Notes: generated from the letters alone by a model not told the origin. A stretch of 64,000 bases of DNA from an uncultured Alphaproteobacteria bacterium (GCA_963831975.1 CAWHSO010000025.1:1576120-1640119), one strand, 5' to 3'. Positions 36,897 through 51,275 are shown, counted from the stretch's first letter. Numbers and translations: made by a program.

Positions 36897-38675
36897 ATGA
36901 CCATCATGCTCAAGGAAACCGATGCGGTCGTCATCGGCGTCGGCTGGACCGGATCGATCCTCGCCCGCGAACTGACCAAGGCCGGCCTCAACGTTGTCGG
37001 CCTCGAACGCGGCGCCAAGCGCATGCCGGGCCAGGATTTCACTATTCCCTCGGTGCGTGACGATCTCAAATACGCGGTGCGGCAGGAATTGTTTCAGGAC
37101 ACCCAGCTTGAAACCGTATCGCTGCGCCATTCGCCGGCGGAGACCGCGCTGCCGATCCGCCGCCTCGGCTCGTTCCTGCCCGGCACCGATCTCGGCGGCG
37201 CCGGCGCCCATTGGAACGGCATGACCTGGCGCTGGCTGCCGTCCGATCACAAGCTGCGCAGCGCATATCACCGAGCGCTACGGCAAGAACGCCATTCCGG
37301 CCGAGATGACCATCGAGGACTTGCCGGTCTCCTATGACGAGCTCGAGCCGTATTACGACAAGTTCGAGAAATTGTGCGGCGTCTCCGGCAAGGCCGGCAA
37401 TCTGCGCGGCAAAATCGTCGACGGCGGCAATGTGTTCGAAGGGCCCGCGGCAGAACGAATATCCGAATCCGCCGCTGGCCAAGAGCATGGCCGGCACCAT
37501 CATGGCCGACGCGTCGAAGAGCCTCGGCTATCATCCGTTCCAGGCGCCGTCGAGCAATGCCAGCGAGGTCTACACCAATTTCGAAGGCCAGACGCTCGGC
37601 GCCTGCGAATATTGCGGCCATTGCGAGCGCTTCGGCTGCGAAGCCAATGCCAAGGCGTCGCCGAATGTCTGCATCCTGCCGGCGCTGTTGGCGGACCGAA
37701 AATTCGAGCTGCGCACCCACGCGCAGGTGAAGGAGCTCGTCTACGACAAAGCGGCGCGCAAGGTGACGGCGGTGCGCTATGTCGATACCCGCAGCGGCGA
37801 GGAATACGAGCAGCCCGCCGGCATCGTCATCCTCGGCGCCTACGTGTTCAACAACGTGCTGCTTGATGCTCACCGCCGGCATCGGCGAGCCCTACGACCA
37901 CAAGACCGGCAAAGGCGCCGTCGGCAAGAACTACTGCTATCAGGTCAGCGGCAATGCCGTGACGGTGTTCTTCCAGGACAAGGAGATCAATCCGTTCATG
38001 GCGGCCGGCGCCCACGGCGTCCTGATCGACGATTTCAACGGCGACAATTTCGATCACGGCGGCCTTGGCTTCTTCGGCGGCGCCTGGATCCAGGCCGGCC
38101 CGACCAACGGCCGCCCGATCGCGACCCGCCCGGTGCCGCCCGGCACGCCGCGCTGGGGCCGCGAATGGAAGAAGGCGACGGCGAAATGGTACAACCACGC
38201 CTTCTCGATCGGCGCATCCGGCTGCAACTACGCGCACCGCGAAAATTTCCTGGATCTCGATCCGACTTATCGCGACGCGCTCGGCCGGCCGCTGATCCGC
38301 ATGTCGTATAATTTCCGCGACAACGACTACAAGCTCGCGGACTATATCGGCGGCGTGCTCGGGCGGCTCGCCACGGCGATGAACCCGACGGTCATGAGCG
38401 CGCCGAGCGTCAAGAAGGGCGACTACAGCGTCGTGCCCTATCAATCGACGCACAATACCGGCGGCACCATGACCGGGACCGATCCGAAGACCAGCGTCGT
38501 CAACCGCTATCTGCAATCGTGGGACGCCGACAATCTGTTCGTCATGGGCGCCTCGGTATTTCCGCAGAACGCCTCATACAATCCGACCGGCGTCGTCGGC
38601 GCGCTGGCCTATTGGTCGGCGAATGCGATCACCACGCAATATCTCAAGAACCCCGGCCCACTGGTTCACGCTTGA
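36897..38675 (+). CDS. GMC family flavoprotein oxidoreductase (gluconate 2-dehydrogenase alpha-subunit-like), copy 1, frame-disrupted (about three shifts)
   Basis: DAVVIGVGWTGSILARELTKAGLNVVGLERG (FAD fold) ... C-terminal HNTGGTMTGTDPKTSVVNRYLQSWDADNLFVMGASVFPQ. Confidence 0.85.
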
Positions 38676-38718
38676 GCAGCGCCGCCCCGGCGGGCGGCGC
38701 TGGTGAATTCATGTGCTT

Positions 38719-38973
38719 TTAACGCGGCACGATGGGCGGTGACGTCACAGGATCGGTCTGTGCCGTTGGATTACTCGAATAGTTCGCTGCGGTCTGGGTC
38801 TCCGCATTGCCGGCGCGGTAGACGATGATGCCGGCGGCGATAAAGGCGAACAGCACGGCCGCCAGGAACCAATACCCGGCCGCGTCCGGCGCTGGTTCGG
38901 AGTTGAGACGATGTTCGAGTCCGTAGCTGTCATAATCGAAGTCGAGATCGGATTTCTTCAAAGGTTGGTCCAT
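38719..38973 (-). CDS. Hypothetical small membrane protein (84 aa)
   Basis: Intact ORF with one TM helix (YWFLAAVLFAFIAAGIIVY). No family recognised. Confidence 0.4.
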   Translation of the reverse strand: MDQPLKKSDLDFDYDSYGLEHRLNSEPAPDAAGYWFLAAVLFAFIAAGIIVYRAGNAETQTAANYSSNPTAQTDPVTSPPIVPR

Positions 38974-39149
38974 GGGGCCCTCCTGTGCATCGAAGGCAAT
39001 GGAACAACGCGCAACAGCCCTGCCGTGGCAGCAGCGCAGTCATGCAAAAGTCCCAAGGAACGGAAAATTTCCAAAATGCGTTTTGGCGCTGGTTGCATTT
39101 GAAATTATTTCGCCGCTACTGTGGGCCATGAAGGGCCGCGATCGTTGGG

Positions 39150-39833
39150 CGCGTATAAGGGGGTGGCTGATAATGGGTGGGTGGGCGGCTATCCGTTTTG
39201 TGCTTTTCTGAACAATGGCTTCGAGCTCGATTTCGAGGTGCGATCACGGTATCGTGGGAAAACGGCACGGGAAAGTGGACGTTGCTGAAGGGATTGCGGC
39301 ACTGCGGATACGATGAAGCGGGGGCGGCAAGGGTTATCGGCCGGTGGATCATTCGCGCGCTGGAAGTGATGGGCGGCGCGCTGGCAAAGCGTTGCGTGCG
39401 TCTGGCTGGAAGATCACCAATGGCTGGTTCTCGCGCCGAAAGCTTCTTTTCGTAGCGCGCTACCTCGACGAAGCCGCCAGGAGCCGCTCAGCGGACCGCC
39501 GCGGATTTTTGTCGCATTCGCAAGGCGAGGGATTTTTGCGGTTCTTAGAGGAGCGCTGCAGCCGGCAAGGCCTATTCATCTTAGACGAGCCGGAATAGGC
39601 GCTGTCGCCGTCGCGGCAGATCGAAGTTCCCGAAGCTGCTTCGCCATGACCCATTCCGGTGATGCCGGTAATGGACGCACGCGCCATGCTCATGGCTATC
39701 CGGCGGCGCGACTGCTGCGGCTTCCAAATACGGACTAGAGCCGATAGCGTGGAGCGAGACGGATCATTACCGGCTGATGCGCGAGTTTTGCGCCGATCCG
39801 GAAACATTCATCGACACGGTCTTGAGCGATTGA
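39150..39833 (+). pseudogene. Decayed COG3910-type AAA ATPase gene
   Basis: Fragments WENGTGKWTLLKG (Walker A region), GWFSRRKLLFVARYLDEAA, FLSHSQGEGFLRFLEERCSRQGLFILDEPE followed by an in-frame TAG where Ala is expected, and ...YRLMREFCADPETFIDTVLSD. Several frame changes. Confidence 0.6.
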
Positions 39834-39932
39834 TCGCGCGCGTCCCTGCGCTCGCGCCGCGGCCGATCCGGTCTATTGTTATTCCAATAACAATCGATAG
39901 CGGCGCGGCTTCGCGCCGGCAGGGAGGGTGCG

Positions 39933-40658
39933 ATGACCGACGAGACAATTCCACGCCGGAAATTTCTTGTGGGCGCAGGCCTCGCCGGCACTGCCGTCGC
40001 GACCGGCTTGACCCAGACCACGCCTGCGGAGGCGCAAGCACCAGCCGCGCGCCGCTGCGACCACGCCGGCCGCGCCGCAAGCGGAGCCGCTGCTTCTGCT
40101 CAACGAGACCGAGCACGCCTTCGTCGTCGCCGCGGTCGATACCATGATCCCGGCCGATGAGTTGTCGCCCTCGGGCAGCGATTGCGGCTGCGCCACCTAT
40201 CATCGACCGCCAGCTCGCCAGCGCCTGGGGCGGCGGCGCCAAAATGTATCGCTCCGGACCTTACTTCAAAGGCAAGCCGGAGCAGGGCTATCAATTGCCG
40301 CTGACGCCGGCCGAGTTCATCACCACCGGCATCGCCGCCGCCAACGCCTGGTCGCGCAAGACCTATGGCAAGGATTTCGACCGGCTCGATCCGGACAAGC
40401 GCATCGAGGCCCTCACGGCGATGCAGGAGGGCAAGGCCGCAGTTCGACAATTTCAATTCGCGCGCCTTCTTCGCCCGGCTCCTGGCGCTGACCATGGAAG
40501 GATTTTTCGGCGATCCGATCTATGGCGGCAACCGCAACAAGGCGTCGTGGCGGATGCTCGGCTTTCCCGGCCTGCCGGCAACCTACGCCAATGTCATCGA
40601 TGAATATCGCGACAAACGCTATGTCGCCGAGCCGCAGTCCATTGCGGACTTTTCTTAA
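39933..40658 (+). CDS. Gluconate 2-dehydrogenase gamma-subunit family protein (Tat signal), copy 2, frame-disrupted
   Basis: MTDETIPRRKFLVGAGLAGTAVA ... FFARLLALTMEGFFGDPIYGGNRNKASWRMLGFPG. Paralogous to 36175-36884. Confidence 0.8.
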
Positions 40659-40670
40659 GGGGAGGCGGAC

Positions 40671-42446
40671 ATGGTGACGCGATTGAAAGAAGTCGATGCG
40701 GTCACGATCGGTCTGGGCTGGACCGGCGCCATCATGGCGCGCGAATTGACCAAAGCCGGCCTGAACGTCGTTTCGCTGGAGAAGGGCCAGGACCGCATTC
40801 CCGGCGAGGATTTCATCCTGCCGGCGGTGCGCGACGAGGTGCGATATGCGCAGCGCCTCGAATTGATGTGGGACAATTCGATCGACACGCTGACCTTCCG
40901 CAATTTCCCCAACGAGCAGGCGCTGCCGATCCGCCGCATCGGCGCGTTCCTGCCGGGCGAAGGCGTCGGCGGCTCCGGCATTCATTGGGGCGGCCTGCAC
41001 TGGCGCTTCCTGCCGTCGGATTTCCGTATCCGCAGCGCGCTCACCGAGCGCTATGGCGCAAACGCGCTTCCCGACGGCATGACCATTCAGGATTGGCCGG
41101 TCAGCTACGACGAGATGGAGCCGTTCTACGACCGCTTCGACAAGATTTGCGGCGTGTCGGGCAAGGCCGGCAATCTGCGCGGCAGCAAGATCGACGGCGG
41201 CAACGTTTTCGAAGGCCCGCGCAGCGATCCAATATCCGAACGCGCCGATCAAATCGAGCAATGCCGGCCTGATGTTCGGCGAAGCGGCAAAGAGCCTCGG
41301 CTATCATCCGTTCCCGGCGCCGATTGCGATCGCGAGCGCGCCCTATACCAATGCCGACGGCGTGGCGCTGGGGGCTTGCGAATATTGCGGCTATTGCAAC
41401 CGCATCGCCTGCGAGACCAACGCCAAGGCGTCGCCGAATTCCACCATCCTGCCGGCGCTGCGCCTCGATCCGAAATTCGAGATCCGCACCCGCTGCTTCG
41501 TCACCAAGCTCAACTACGACAAGGACTGCGAAGAAAGTCGTCGAGCGTGACCTACACCGACATGCGCACCGGCGAGGAATACGAGCAGCCCGCCGGCATC
41601 GTGCTGCTGACGTCATACGTCTTCTCGAACGTGCAGCACATGCTGCTCGCCGGCATCGGCGAGCCGTACGATCACGCAACCGGCAAAGGCGTCGTCGGCA
41701 AGAACTACGCCTATCAGTTCGAAGCCGGCGCCAATGCCTTCTTCGAGGACAAGGAGCTCAATCCGTACTGGGGCTCCGCCGGCATGGGCACCGTCATCGA
41801 CGATTTCAACGGCGAGACTTTTGATCACGGCGGCCTGGGCTTCTTCGGCGGCGGCTACATCATGGGCAACACCGCGAGCGCGCCGCCGATTGCCGGCCGC
41901 ACGCGTGCCGCACGGCACGCCGGAGTGGGGCTCGGAATGGAAGCGCGCCACCGTGAAGTGGTACTACCACGCCGCCCGCTTCAACACCCAGGGCTCGGTC
42001 TATGCCAACCGCGACAATTACATGGACCTCGACCCGACCTACAAGGACGCGCTCGGCCGGCCGCTGATCCGGCTCACCTACAATCCGCCCGACAACGAAT
42101 TCAAGATGTCGCGCCTATCTGTTGCAAAAGCTCGAAGGCGTCATCAAGGCGATGAACCCGACGCATTACGAGATGCATCCGCGGCCGAAGACTTTCACCG
42201 TGGTGCCCTATCAATCGACCCACAATACCGGCGGCACCATGATGGGCGCCGACCCGAAGATCGAGCGTGGTCAATCGCTACCTGCAGGCCTGGGACGCCC
42301 ATAACCTGTTCATCCAGGGCGCCTCGGTGTTCCCGCAGCAGCACGGCTACAATCCGACCGGCACGGTCGGCGCGCTGGCCTATTGGTCGGCGCGCGCGAT
42401 CACGACGAGCTATCTCAAGAATCCGGGACCGCTGGTTCACGCTTAG
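40671..42446 (+). CDS. GMC family flavoprotein oxidoreductase, copy 2, frame-disrupted (about four shifts)
   Basis: DAVTIGLGWTGAIMARELTKAGLNVVSLEKG ... HNTGGTMMGADPK. Paralogous to 36897-38675. Confidence 0.85.
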
Positions 42447-42494
42447 AGCATGATCCCGAAAAGTGGAAACCGGTTTTCGGGAAAGATCATGCTC
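42446..42494. repeat. Palindromic intergenic element (gagcatgatcccgaaaa ... ttttcgggaaagatcatgctc)
   Basis: Imperfect hairpin between the GMC gene and the cytochrome c gene. It translates to the typical spurious DPEKWKPVFGKDHAQ peptide. Confidence 0.6.
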
Positions 42495-42521
42495 AAACAA
42501 AAAAATCTCTTGGGGGGAATC

Positions 42522-42901
42522 ATGCAAAGCAAGAAAACTGGCGCCGTCATCGGCGCCGCGGCTGCCGTTGTTCTCGTGGCCGTCGCAGCAACGCCGGCGC
42601 GGCCGCCGACGCCGCCCACGGCAAGGTGGTGTTCCAAACCTGCGCCGCCTGCCACAGCGACAAGCCGGACGCCATCGGGCCGAGCCTGCGCGGCGTCTAC
42701 GGCCGCAAATCCGCAGCGCTTCCCGATTTCCGCTATTCCAACGCCATGATGCGCGCCAACCTCACCTGGGACGACGCCAACCTGAAGGCCTACATCAAGG
42801 ACCCGCAGGCCAAGGTGAAGGGCAACCGCATGCCGTTCGGGGGTTTAAGCAGCGATGCGGACATCGACGACGTCATTGCTTATCTGAAGGATTATAAATA
42901 G
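42522..42901 (+). CDS. Class I c-type cytochrome (monohaem), one frameshift in the signal region
   Basis: MQSKKTGAVIGAAAAVVLVAVAA signal, then GKVVFQTCAACHS (CxxCH) ... GNRMPFGG ... DDVIAYLKDYK. Confidence 0.85.
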
Positions 42902-42916
42902 CGCGCGCGGGCGGTG

Positions 42917-45900
42917 TCATTTTGCCGAGGCAAACAAATTCTCGATCTCACCCATCAGCGGGTTGGTCAGCCCGGCCTTCCGCAACTGGGCAAAATCTTC
43001 AAGGATAGCCGTCTCCCAGGAATCCCCGTTCTGGTCAGCGAGCGTCTGTCCACGATATTTGAGATAGAGCGTCCGCGCCTCGTCGAGGCGCTCGAGCAAC
43101 ATGAGCGCGTGGGCGCGGTTCGCGTAGAGCCAAGTCTGGTCAGGCGCGACAGAGATGGCTTGGTCAACGGCTTCCAAGGCCGTCGTGAACTCGCCCGCGA
43201 GGACGAGATTGAAGGCCAAGCTGCCGATGTCGTTCACGCCAATTTGCAAATCGCGCTGCCAGCCGGCATTGCCGGGATCGGACTTCGCCAAGCGCTCCAT
43301 GATGACGAGGCTTGCCTGAAAGGTGGTCAACGCGGCCGACAGGTCGCCCTGCGCCATCTGCACGTTGCCGATCTTGTTGTACGAGACCGACAGATCGCGC
43401 TGCCAGCCGGCATTGCCGGGGTCGGACTTTGCCAAGCGCTCGGTGATGGCGTGGTTCGCCTGATAGGAGGTCAGCGCGGCCGAAGGGTTATCCTGCGCCA
43501 ACTGCACGTCGCCGATCTTATTGTACGCGACCGATAGGTCGCGCTGCCAGGCGGCATTGCCGGGGTCGGACTGCGCCAGGCGTTCCATGATGGCGAGGCT
43601 CGCCTGATAGGAAGCCAGCGCAGCCAAAAGGCTGCCCTGAACCATCTGGACGCTCCCGACTTTGTCGTAAAAAACCGACAGATCGTGTTGCCAGCCGGCA
43701 TTGCCGGGATCGGATTTAGCCAGGCGTTCCACGATGGCAAGGCCCGCCTGATAGGAGGTCAGCGCGGCCGGCAGGTTGTCCTGAGCCATCTGCACGTCGC
43801 CGATCTCGTTGTGCGAAACCGACAGATCGCGCTGCCAACCGGCATTGCTGGGATCGGACTTGGCTATGCGATCCCGGATGGCGAAGGCTTGCCTGATAGG
43901 AGGCCAATGCGGCCGGCAGGTTGCCCTGCGCCGCCTGCACGTTGCCGACTTTGTCGTAAGAAACCGACAATTCGCGCTGCATGCTCGGCAATGCCGGTAT
44001 CGGACCGCGCCAGCCGCTCCGCGATGGCGAGACTTCGCCTGATAGGAAGTCAGCGCGGCCGGCAGGTTGCCCTGCGCCGTCTGCACGTCGCCGATCTTGT
44101 TGTACGAAACCGACAGGTCGCCCTGCCAGCCGGCATTGCCCGGATCGGATTTCGTCAGGCGCTCCACGATGGTGAGGCTGTCCTGATAGGAAGTCAGCGC
44201 GGCCGGCAGATCGCCCTGTGCCATCTGCACGTCGCCGACCTTGTTGTGCGAAACCGATAGTTCGAGCTGCCAGCCGCCATTGTCCGGATCGGACTGCGCC
44301 AGCCGGTCTGTAATAGCGAGCGCCTCCCGATAGGAGGTCAGCGCGGCCGGCAGGTTGCCCTGCGCCACCTGCACGTCGCCAAGATCTTTGTACGCAGCCG
44401 ATAATACGTACTGCCAGCCGGCATTGCCGGGATCGGATTTGGCGAGGTGATCCCTGATGGCGAAGCTTGCCTGATAGGAGGTCAACGCGGCCGGCAGGTC
44501 GCCTTGTGCCACCTGCACGTTGCCGATCTTGTTGTACGCAACGGACCGATCGTATTGCCACATGGCGTTGCCGGGATCGGACTGCGCCAAACGGAAAATT
44601 ATTTCTCGCTTCGCTTCGTAGGACTTCAGTGCCGCGGCGAGGTCGCCCTTCGCCATCTGGATATCGCCGATCTTCTCGTTGCCGATCCCAATTTCACCTT
44701 GCCAGAGGACATTTCCGGGATCGGACTGCGCCAGGCGTTCGGCGATGGTCCGAGCCTCGTAGTTGGTCGCGAGCGCCGCGCCAAGATCGCCACGCTGCTG
44801 CGCAATGTCGGCGATGCCGAATTTTGCCAACGACAAGTTCACCGTCGTCGGCGCCCGGCTTCGCCGTTACGATCACGCGCGCGAAGGCGGCCCGCGCATC
44901 ATCGAGTTGCCCGGCTTGTTCCTGAAAAAAACCGTTCAGCAACATGCCATTGACGTTGGAGGGATCGAGGCGAGCCGCCTGCGCGAAATAATCCCGCGCC
45001 CGTGCAGGATTGGATATGCCGGCGATCGAAGCCAGGGTTCTATAGGCCGCCGCCGTAACCTTGGCGTCGTTGTCGGTGCGCTTTGCGCTGGCCTCGGCCA
45101 TTGCCTTCAACAACGGCTCCGCCTCGTCGGGCTTGCCGGCCTTGAGCAACGCCAGCGCTTGCGCATAGCGGGGGTCGGTCGCGGCGCCTTCGGCGATGGC
45201 CGTAATCGCTTCCGTCAGGTTTCGTTTGACGGCCGGAATCGCCGCCTGCGCCGGCGTGACGACATTGTATTTGTCGACCAACGCCGCGATCTGCGTTGAG
45301 CGTCTGCTTCTGCTGCTGCGATTGCCAGAACAGCCCACCTCCAAGGATAGCCAGCAACGCAATCACGGCGACAACGACGATGCGCAGCCGGGCCTGCCGC
45401 CGTCGCTCGCGCTCGGCGCGGCGATAAACGTCGTCAGCCGCAAGCCCGATGAGCCGTGCCACCACCTTGGCAAGCGCCAGCTCGAAGCCGTCGCCCGTCT
45501 CGCGCAGGTCGGCCGCCAGCACGTCGGCGGGCGTGGCGGTTATGGCGCCGTCCGGCGCAATCGCGAAGCGCAAGGCCGGCGGGAAGCATTCATTTTCGGC
45601 GTCCCCCGGCGTCCCGCCGATGATCAGCGGGATCACCGGCCGGTCGGGATGGCGCGACTTGAACAGCCGCACCTCGCCATCGACATATTTGCTGCGCGCC
45701 GCGTGCGGCGAAGCGATCAGGATCAACGCCGCTGAATTCATCGAGCGCCACACCGGTCTCCGCGCCCAGCGAAGCGCCGGCATCGAAGTCATTGCGGTCG
45801 CGAAAGATCGGCCGCAAAGCCTTCGGGATCGGTCCCGCCGGGGTGACGCGACCGACAAGCTCCTTGTCGATGTGGTAATCTTCGAGGCGACCGTGCACGC

Positions 45901-45970
45901 GTAGCGCCGTGCCGGTATCGACATGGCTGTAAGAAAGAAAGGCGCGATACTTGAGATCAGCGTTCGGCAT
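42917..45970 (-). CDS. TIR / TM / TPR-repeat protein (~1017 aa reconstructed), frame-disrupted (about five shifts)
   Basis: N-terminal TIR MPNADLKYRAFLSYSHVD ... ALILIASPHAARSKYVDGEVRLF. TM LRIVVVAVIALLAILGGGLFW. Then classic TPRs and about eleven 40-aa units LAKSDPGNAGWQRDLSVSYNKIGDVQ.AQG.L.AAL.SYQ. Confidence 0.8.
43190..44720 (-). repeat. About eleven tandem 120-bp coding repeats (40-aa TPR_10/12-like units) within the TIR-TM-TPR gene
   Basis: The recurring gccagccggcattgccgggatcggac...ctgcacgt(c/t)gccgat block has 120-nt periodicity. Confidence 0.8.
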
Positions 45971-46382
45971 GCGCGTCCTTCCCGGAACAGGCGCCGAGCC
46001 ATTGGATCCCCAAAGCAACATTAGCAGAAATTCTACCACGGCGCGAATAAAGCAACGGCGACATCTGGCAGCGGCCCGTTGGGAGCAGCGCGACCGCAGT
46101 GGATCACTGCTTCAGTTGCGCAATTCGCTTGGCAAGCTCGCCGGGTATCCACGCGTTTTCTGTCCCGCGGAGAAGCCGGCTGACGACATTTCCATCCGTG
46201 TCCACCGTGCTTTTAGTGCGCCCCGGCAGCGTGCCGGTTCAGGCCGCCGGGAGGCCACGCCGGCCGGGCTGCCGAACGGCCGATTGGCCGGGCCATTTCA
46301 GCCATAGAAAAGCCGCGCCGGATCATGTAGAGACCGCCGCGGCTGCCTATATGAAGCGCGGGCGGCGGAGCGGAAATCATCG

Positions 46383-46792
46383 ATGCTGAGTGTCATTATC
46401 GTCATCCACCTCATGCTGGTCCTCGCCTTGATCGGCGTCGTGCTGCTGCAAAAGTCCGAAGGCGGCGGACTGGTCAGCTCGACCAGCGGCTTTATGACCG
46501 GCCGCGGCACGGCGAACGTGCTGACGCGCACGACGGCGTTGCTGGCCGCAGGCTTTTTCGTCACCAGCCTGTTGCTGTCGTGGATGGCGGGTTTTGAGCG
46601 CAAGCCGACCTCGATCATCCACACCGGCGGCGCGCCGGCCCAGGAAGCGCCCTGGCGCGCCGCCGCGCAGCGCCGCTCAGTCAGCGGCGGCGGCGGCGTT
46701 CTCGACCAGATCGAGGCAAGGCGCCGGGCGGCACCACGGCGCCGGCGCCGGCTCCGGCGCCGAGCGGGCCGCAAGTGCCGCAGTCGAAATAG
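46383..46792 (+). CDS. secG: Preprotein translocase subunit SecG, C-terminal tail frame-disrupted
   Basis: MLSVIIVIHLMLVLALIGVVLLQKSEGGG ... TRTTALLAAGFFVTSLLL. Expected tail ...APSGPQVPQSK with stop at 46790-46792. Confidence 0.85.
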
Positions 46793-46986
46793 GCGACTGC
46801 GCTACCGCATTGAAGGCTGCATGAGCGGGCCGTGCGACGACTTTCGGCGTCGCCTGAGGATTTCGGTTGAAGTCCTATGAAGTCAAGCGGTTTTATGGCG
46901 TCGGCTGGGCTGATTCACGATGCGCGGCAGATATTCCGGAAAATCGCTCGTCGAATCGTGTGGCGGGCGCTAAAGCGTTAAGTCCC

Positions 46987-48615
<1,629 letters not shown>

Positions 48616-48737
48616 TAGCATCGTCACGTCCGATTGTCCCAGCTCACATCGCAGATTGACGCTTGGTAAACTTGCCAGCCGCCGGCATCAGCATCTCGGC
48701 ATGACAAGTCATCGCAGAGGAACTCCATGATCTAGAA

Positions 48738-49052
48738 ATGCGCATCTATCGCCTGCATCCCCGGCCGGCTGCCGGCGCTGCTCAAGCGTTCGAGGAGCAC
48801 ACGCTGAAAATCTGGGACAAGCACGGCATCAAGCAGGCCGGTTTCTGGACCGTGCTGGTCGGCGACGGCAGCCAGGACCTGCATTACATGCTGGCCTGGG
48901 AATCGCTCGCCGACCGCGAGAAGAAATGGAACACTTTCCAGGCCGATCCGGCTTGGCACAAGGCGCGCGACGAGAGCGAGAAGGACGGGCCGATCATCGC
49001 CAATATCAAGAGCGCGTTCCTGCGGCCGACGGCGTTCTCGTCGGTGAAATAG
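48738..49052 (+). CDS. NIPSNAP family protein
   Basis: Intact 104-aa [11 protein letters not shown] ... [20 protein letters not shown] ... [26 protein letters not shown]. Confidence 0.7.
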   Translation: MRIYRLHPRPAAGAAQAFEEHTLKIWDKHGIKQAGFWTVLVGDGSQDLHYMLAWESLADREKKWNTFQADPAWHKARDESEKDGPIIANIKSAFLRPTAFSSVK

Positions 49053-49105
49053 CAGGCCGGTTGACCCGACCGCCGCGGCCCTCATGGTCGCCCGCGAGGA
49101 CGCCA

Positions 49106-49943
<838 letters not shown>

Positions 49944-49957
49944 GGCATCGCCGTTCG

Positions 49958-51150
49958 GTGCGCCGCGCTTCATCGCCAACAACGAGATTTCGCCATTCCC
50001 CCCGTCCTCAAAGTCGTCAGCCTGGTGGTCTTCGCCTCGACGCTGTTTTCGCGCGCGGTCGATCCGGTGATTCCGAAAATCGCCGCCGATCTCGGCATCG
50101 ACGTGAAGACCGCGGCGCTGCTGTCGACGGCGTTCACGTTTCCCTACGCCATCATGCAGCCTGTGCTCGGCACCATCGGCGATTTCTTCGGCAAGACCCG
50201 GCTGATGAATGTCAGCCTCGCCGTCGTGGTGACGACGACGTTGGTCTGCGCTTTCGCCAGCAATTTCTCGTGCTGGTGGCCATGCGCATCATCGCCGGCA
50301 TGTGGCCGGCGGCATTTTTCCGGTCGGCATGGCGATCGTCGGCGATCTTGTGCCGGTGCAGGCGCCAAGTGGCGATCGGCCGGCTGCTTGCCGTCGGCCT
50401 CACCGGCAATCTGATCGGCGCCACGATCTCCGGCGTGATCGGCGATCTGCTCGGCTGGCGCGGCGTGTTTTTCTCCATCGGCGGCGTTCGGCCTGATCGT
50501 CGCCGTGATCGCCTTCTTCGCCTTTCGCGGGCTGCGCCCGGCAAGCCGAAGCCGTTCAATCTTGCCGCGGTGGCGCCGGCTTTCGGGCGTGTTCGCCGAT
50601 CCCCGCGCCAAGATCTGCTTCGGCTCGGTGTTCTTCGAAGGCATCGTCATCCACGGCATGTTTCCCTACGTGGCGCTGCTGCTGCTGGCGAGCGGCGAGA
50701 CGCACTCGTCCTATGCCGGCATCGTGATCGCCGCGTTCGGTCTCGGCGGCATTTTGTATTTCGCTGTCGCTGCCGTTTCTGGTCGTGCACGTGACCGAGC
50801 GGCAAATGATGCTGACCGGCGCGGCCTGCGCCGCATCGCCTTCATCCTGATCTCGTTCAACTTGGCCTGGTACATCCAGGCGGCGGTGTTCGTGCTGTTC
50901 GGCGTCGGCTTCTACATGCTGCACAATTGCATCCAGGTTCACGTCACCGATCTGACGCAGACCGCGCGCGGCGCCGCGCTGTCGATGCATTCGTGGTCGT
51001 TCTTTTCCGGCCAGGCGATCGGGCCGATCTATTACGGCTATGCCTTCAGCCATTTCGGCATCAGCGTGCCGCCGCTGCTCGGCGCCGCCGTGATCATCGT
51101 CATCGGGCTCGTCTGCGCGCGGCTGCTGCGGCACCGGCGGCCGATACCCG
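49958..51150 (+). CDS. MFS transporter, frame-disrupted (at least four shifts); the 3-prime end is uncertain
   Basis: LVVFASTLFSRAVDPVIPKIAADLGI ... FPYAIMQPVLGTIGDFFGKTRLM ... 12-TM-type hydrophobic pattern across ORFs 50025-50414, 50302-50496 and 50505-51281. Confidence 0.7.
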
Positions 51151-51189
51151 GGCCTTGCCGAAGGGCGGTAAAAGCCCCATTATATGGCT

Positions 51190-51275
51190 GCATCGGCCAG
51201 GGGTGCCGCGCAACAGAGGCGCGGCTGAGATCAAACCCATCGAACCTGTCTGGGTCATTCCAGCGAAGGGAGCCG
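51190..51275 (+). promoter_or_regulatory. TPP (THI-box) riboswitch upstream of thiO-thiS-thiG
   Basis: ccaGGGGTGCcgcgc...gcgcgGCTGAGAtcaAACCCatcGAACCTGtCTGGgTcATtCCAGCGaAGGGAg matches the conserved THI-box core (GGGGUGC / CUGAGA / ACCC / GAACCUG / CCAGCG.AGGGA). Confidence 0.85.

Noticed and set aside
43190-44720. Regular 120-bp periodic repeats that might look like a CRISPR or satellite array.
   Set aside because: The units are contiguous with no unique spacers. They translate in frame into 40-aa TPR-like repeats of one large protein.
46095-46200. A short minus-strand ORF in the TIR-TPR/secG intergenic region (VDTDGNVVSRLLRGTENAWIPGELAKRIAQLKQ).
   Set aside because: It is only ~33 codons with a GTG start and no RBS, and an in-frame stop lies immediately upstream. 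It may be a gene remnant, but the evidence is insufficient.
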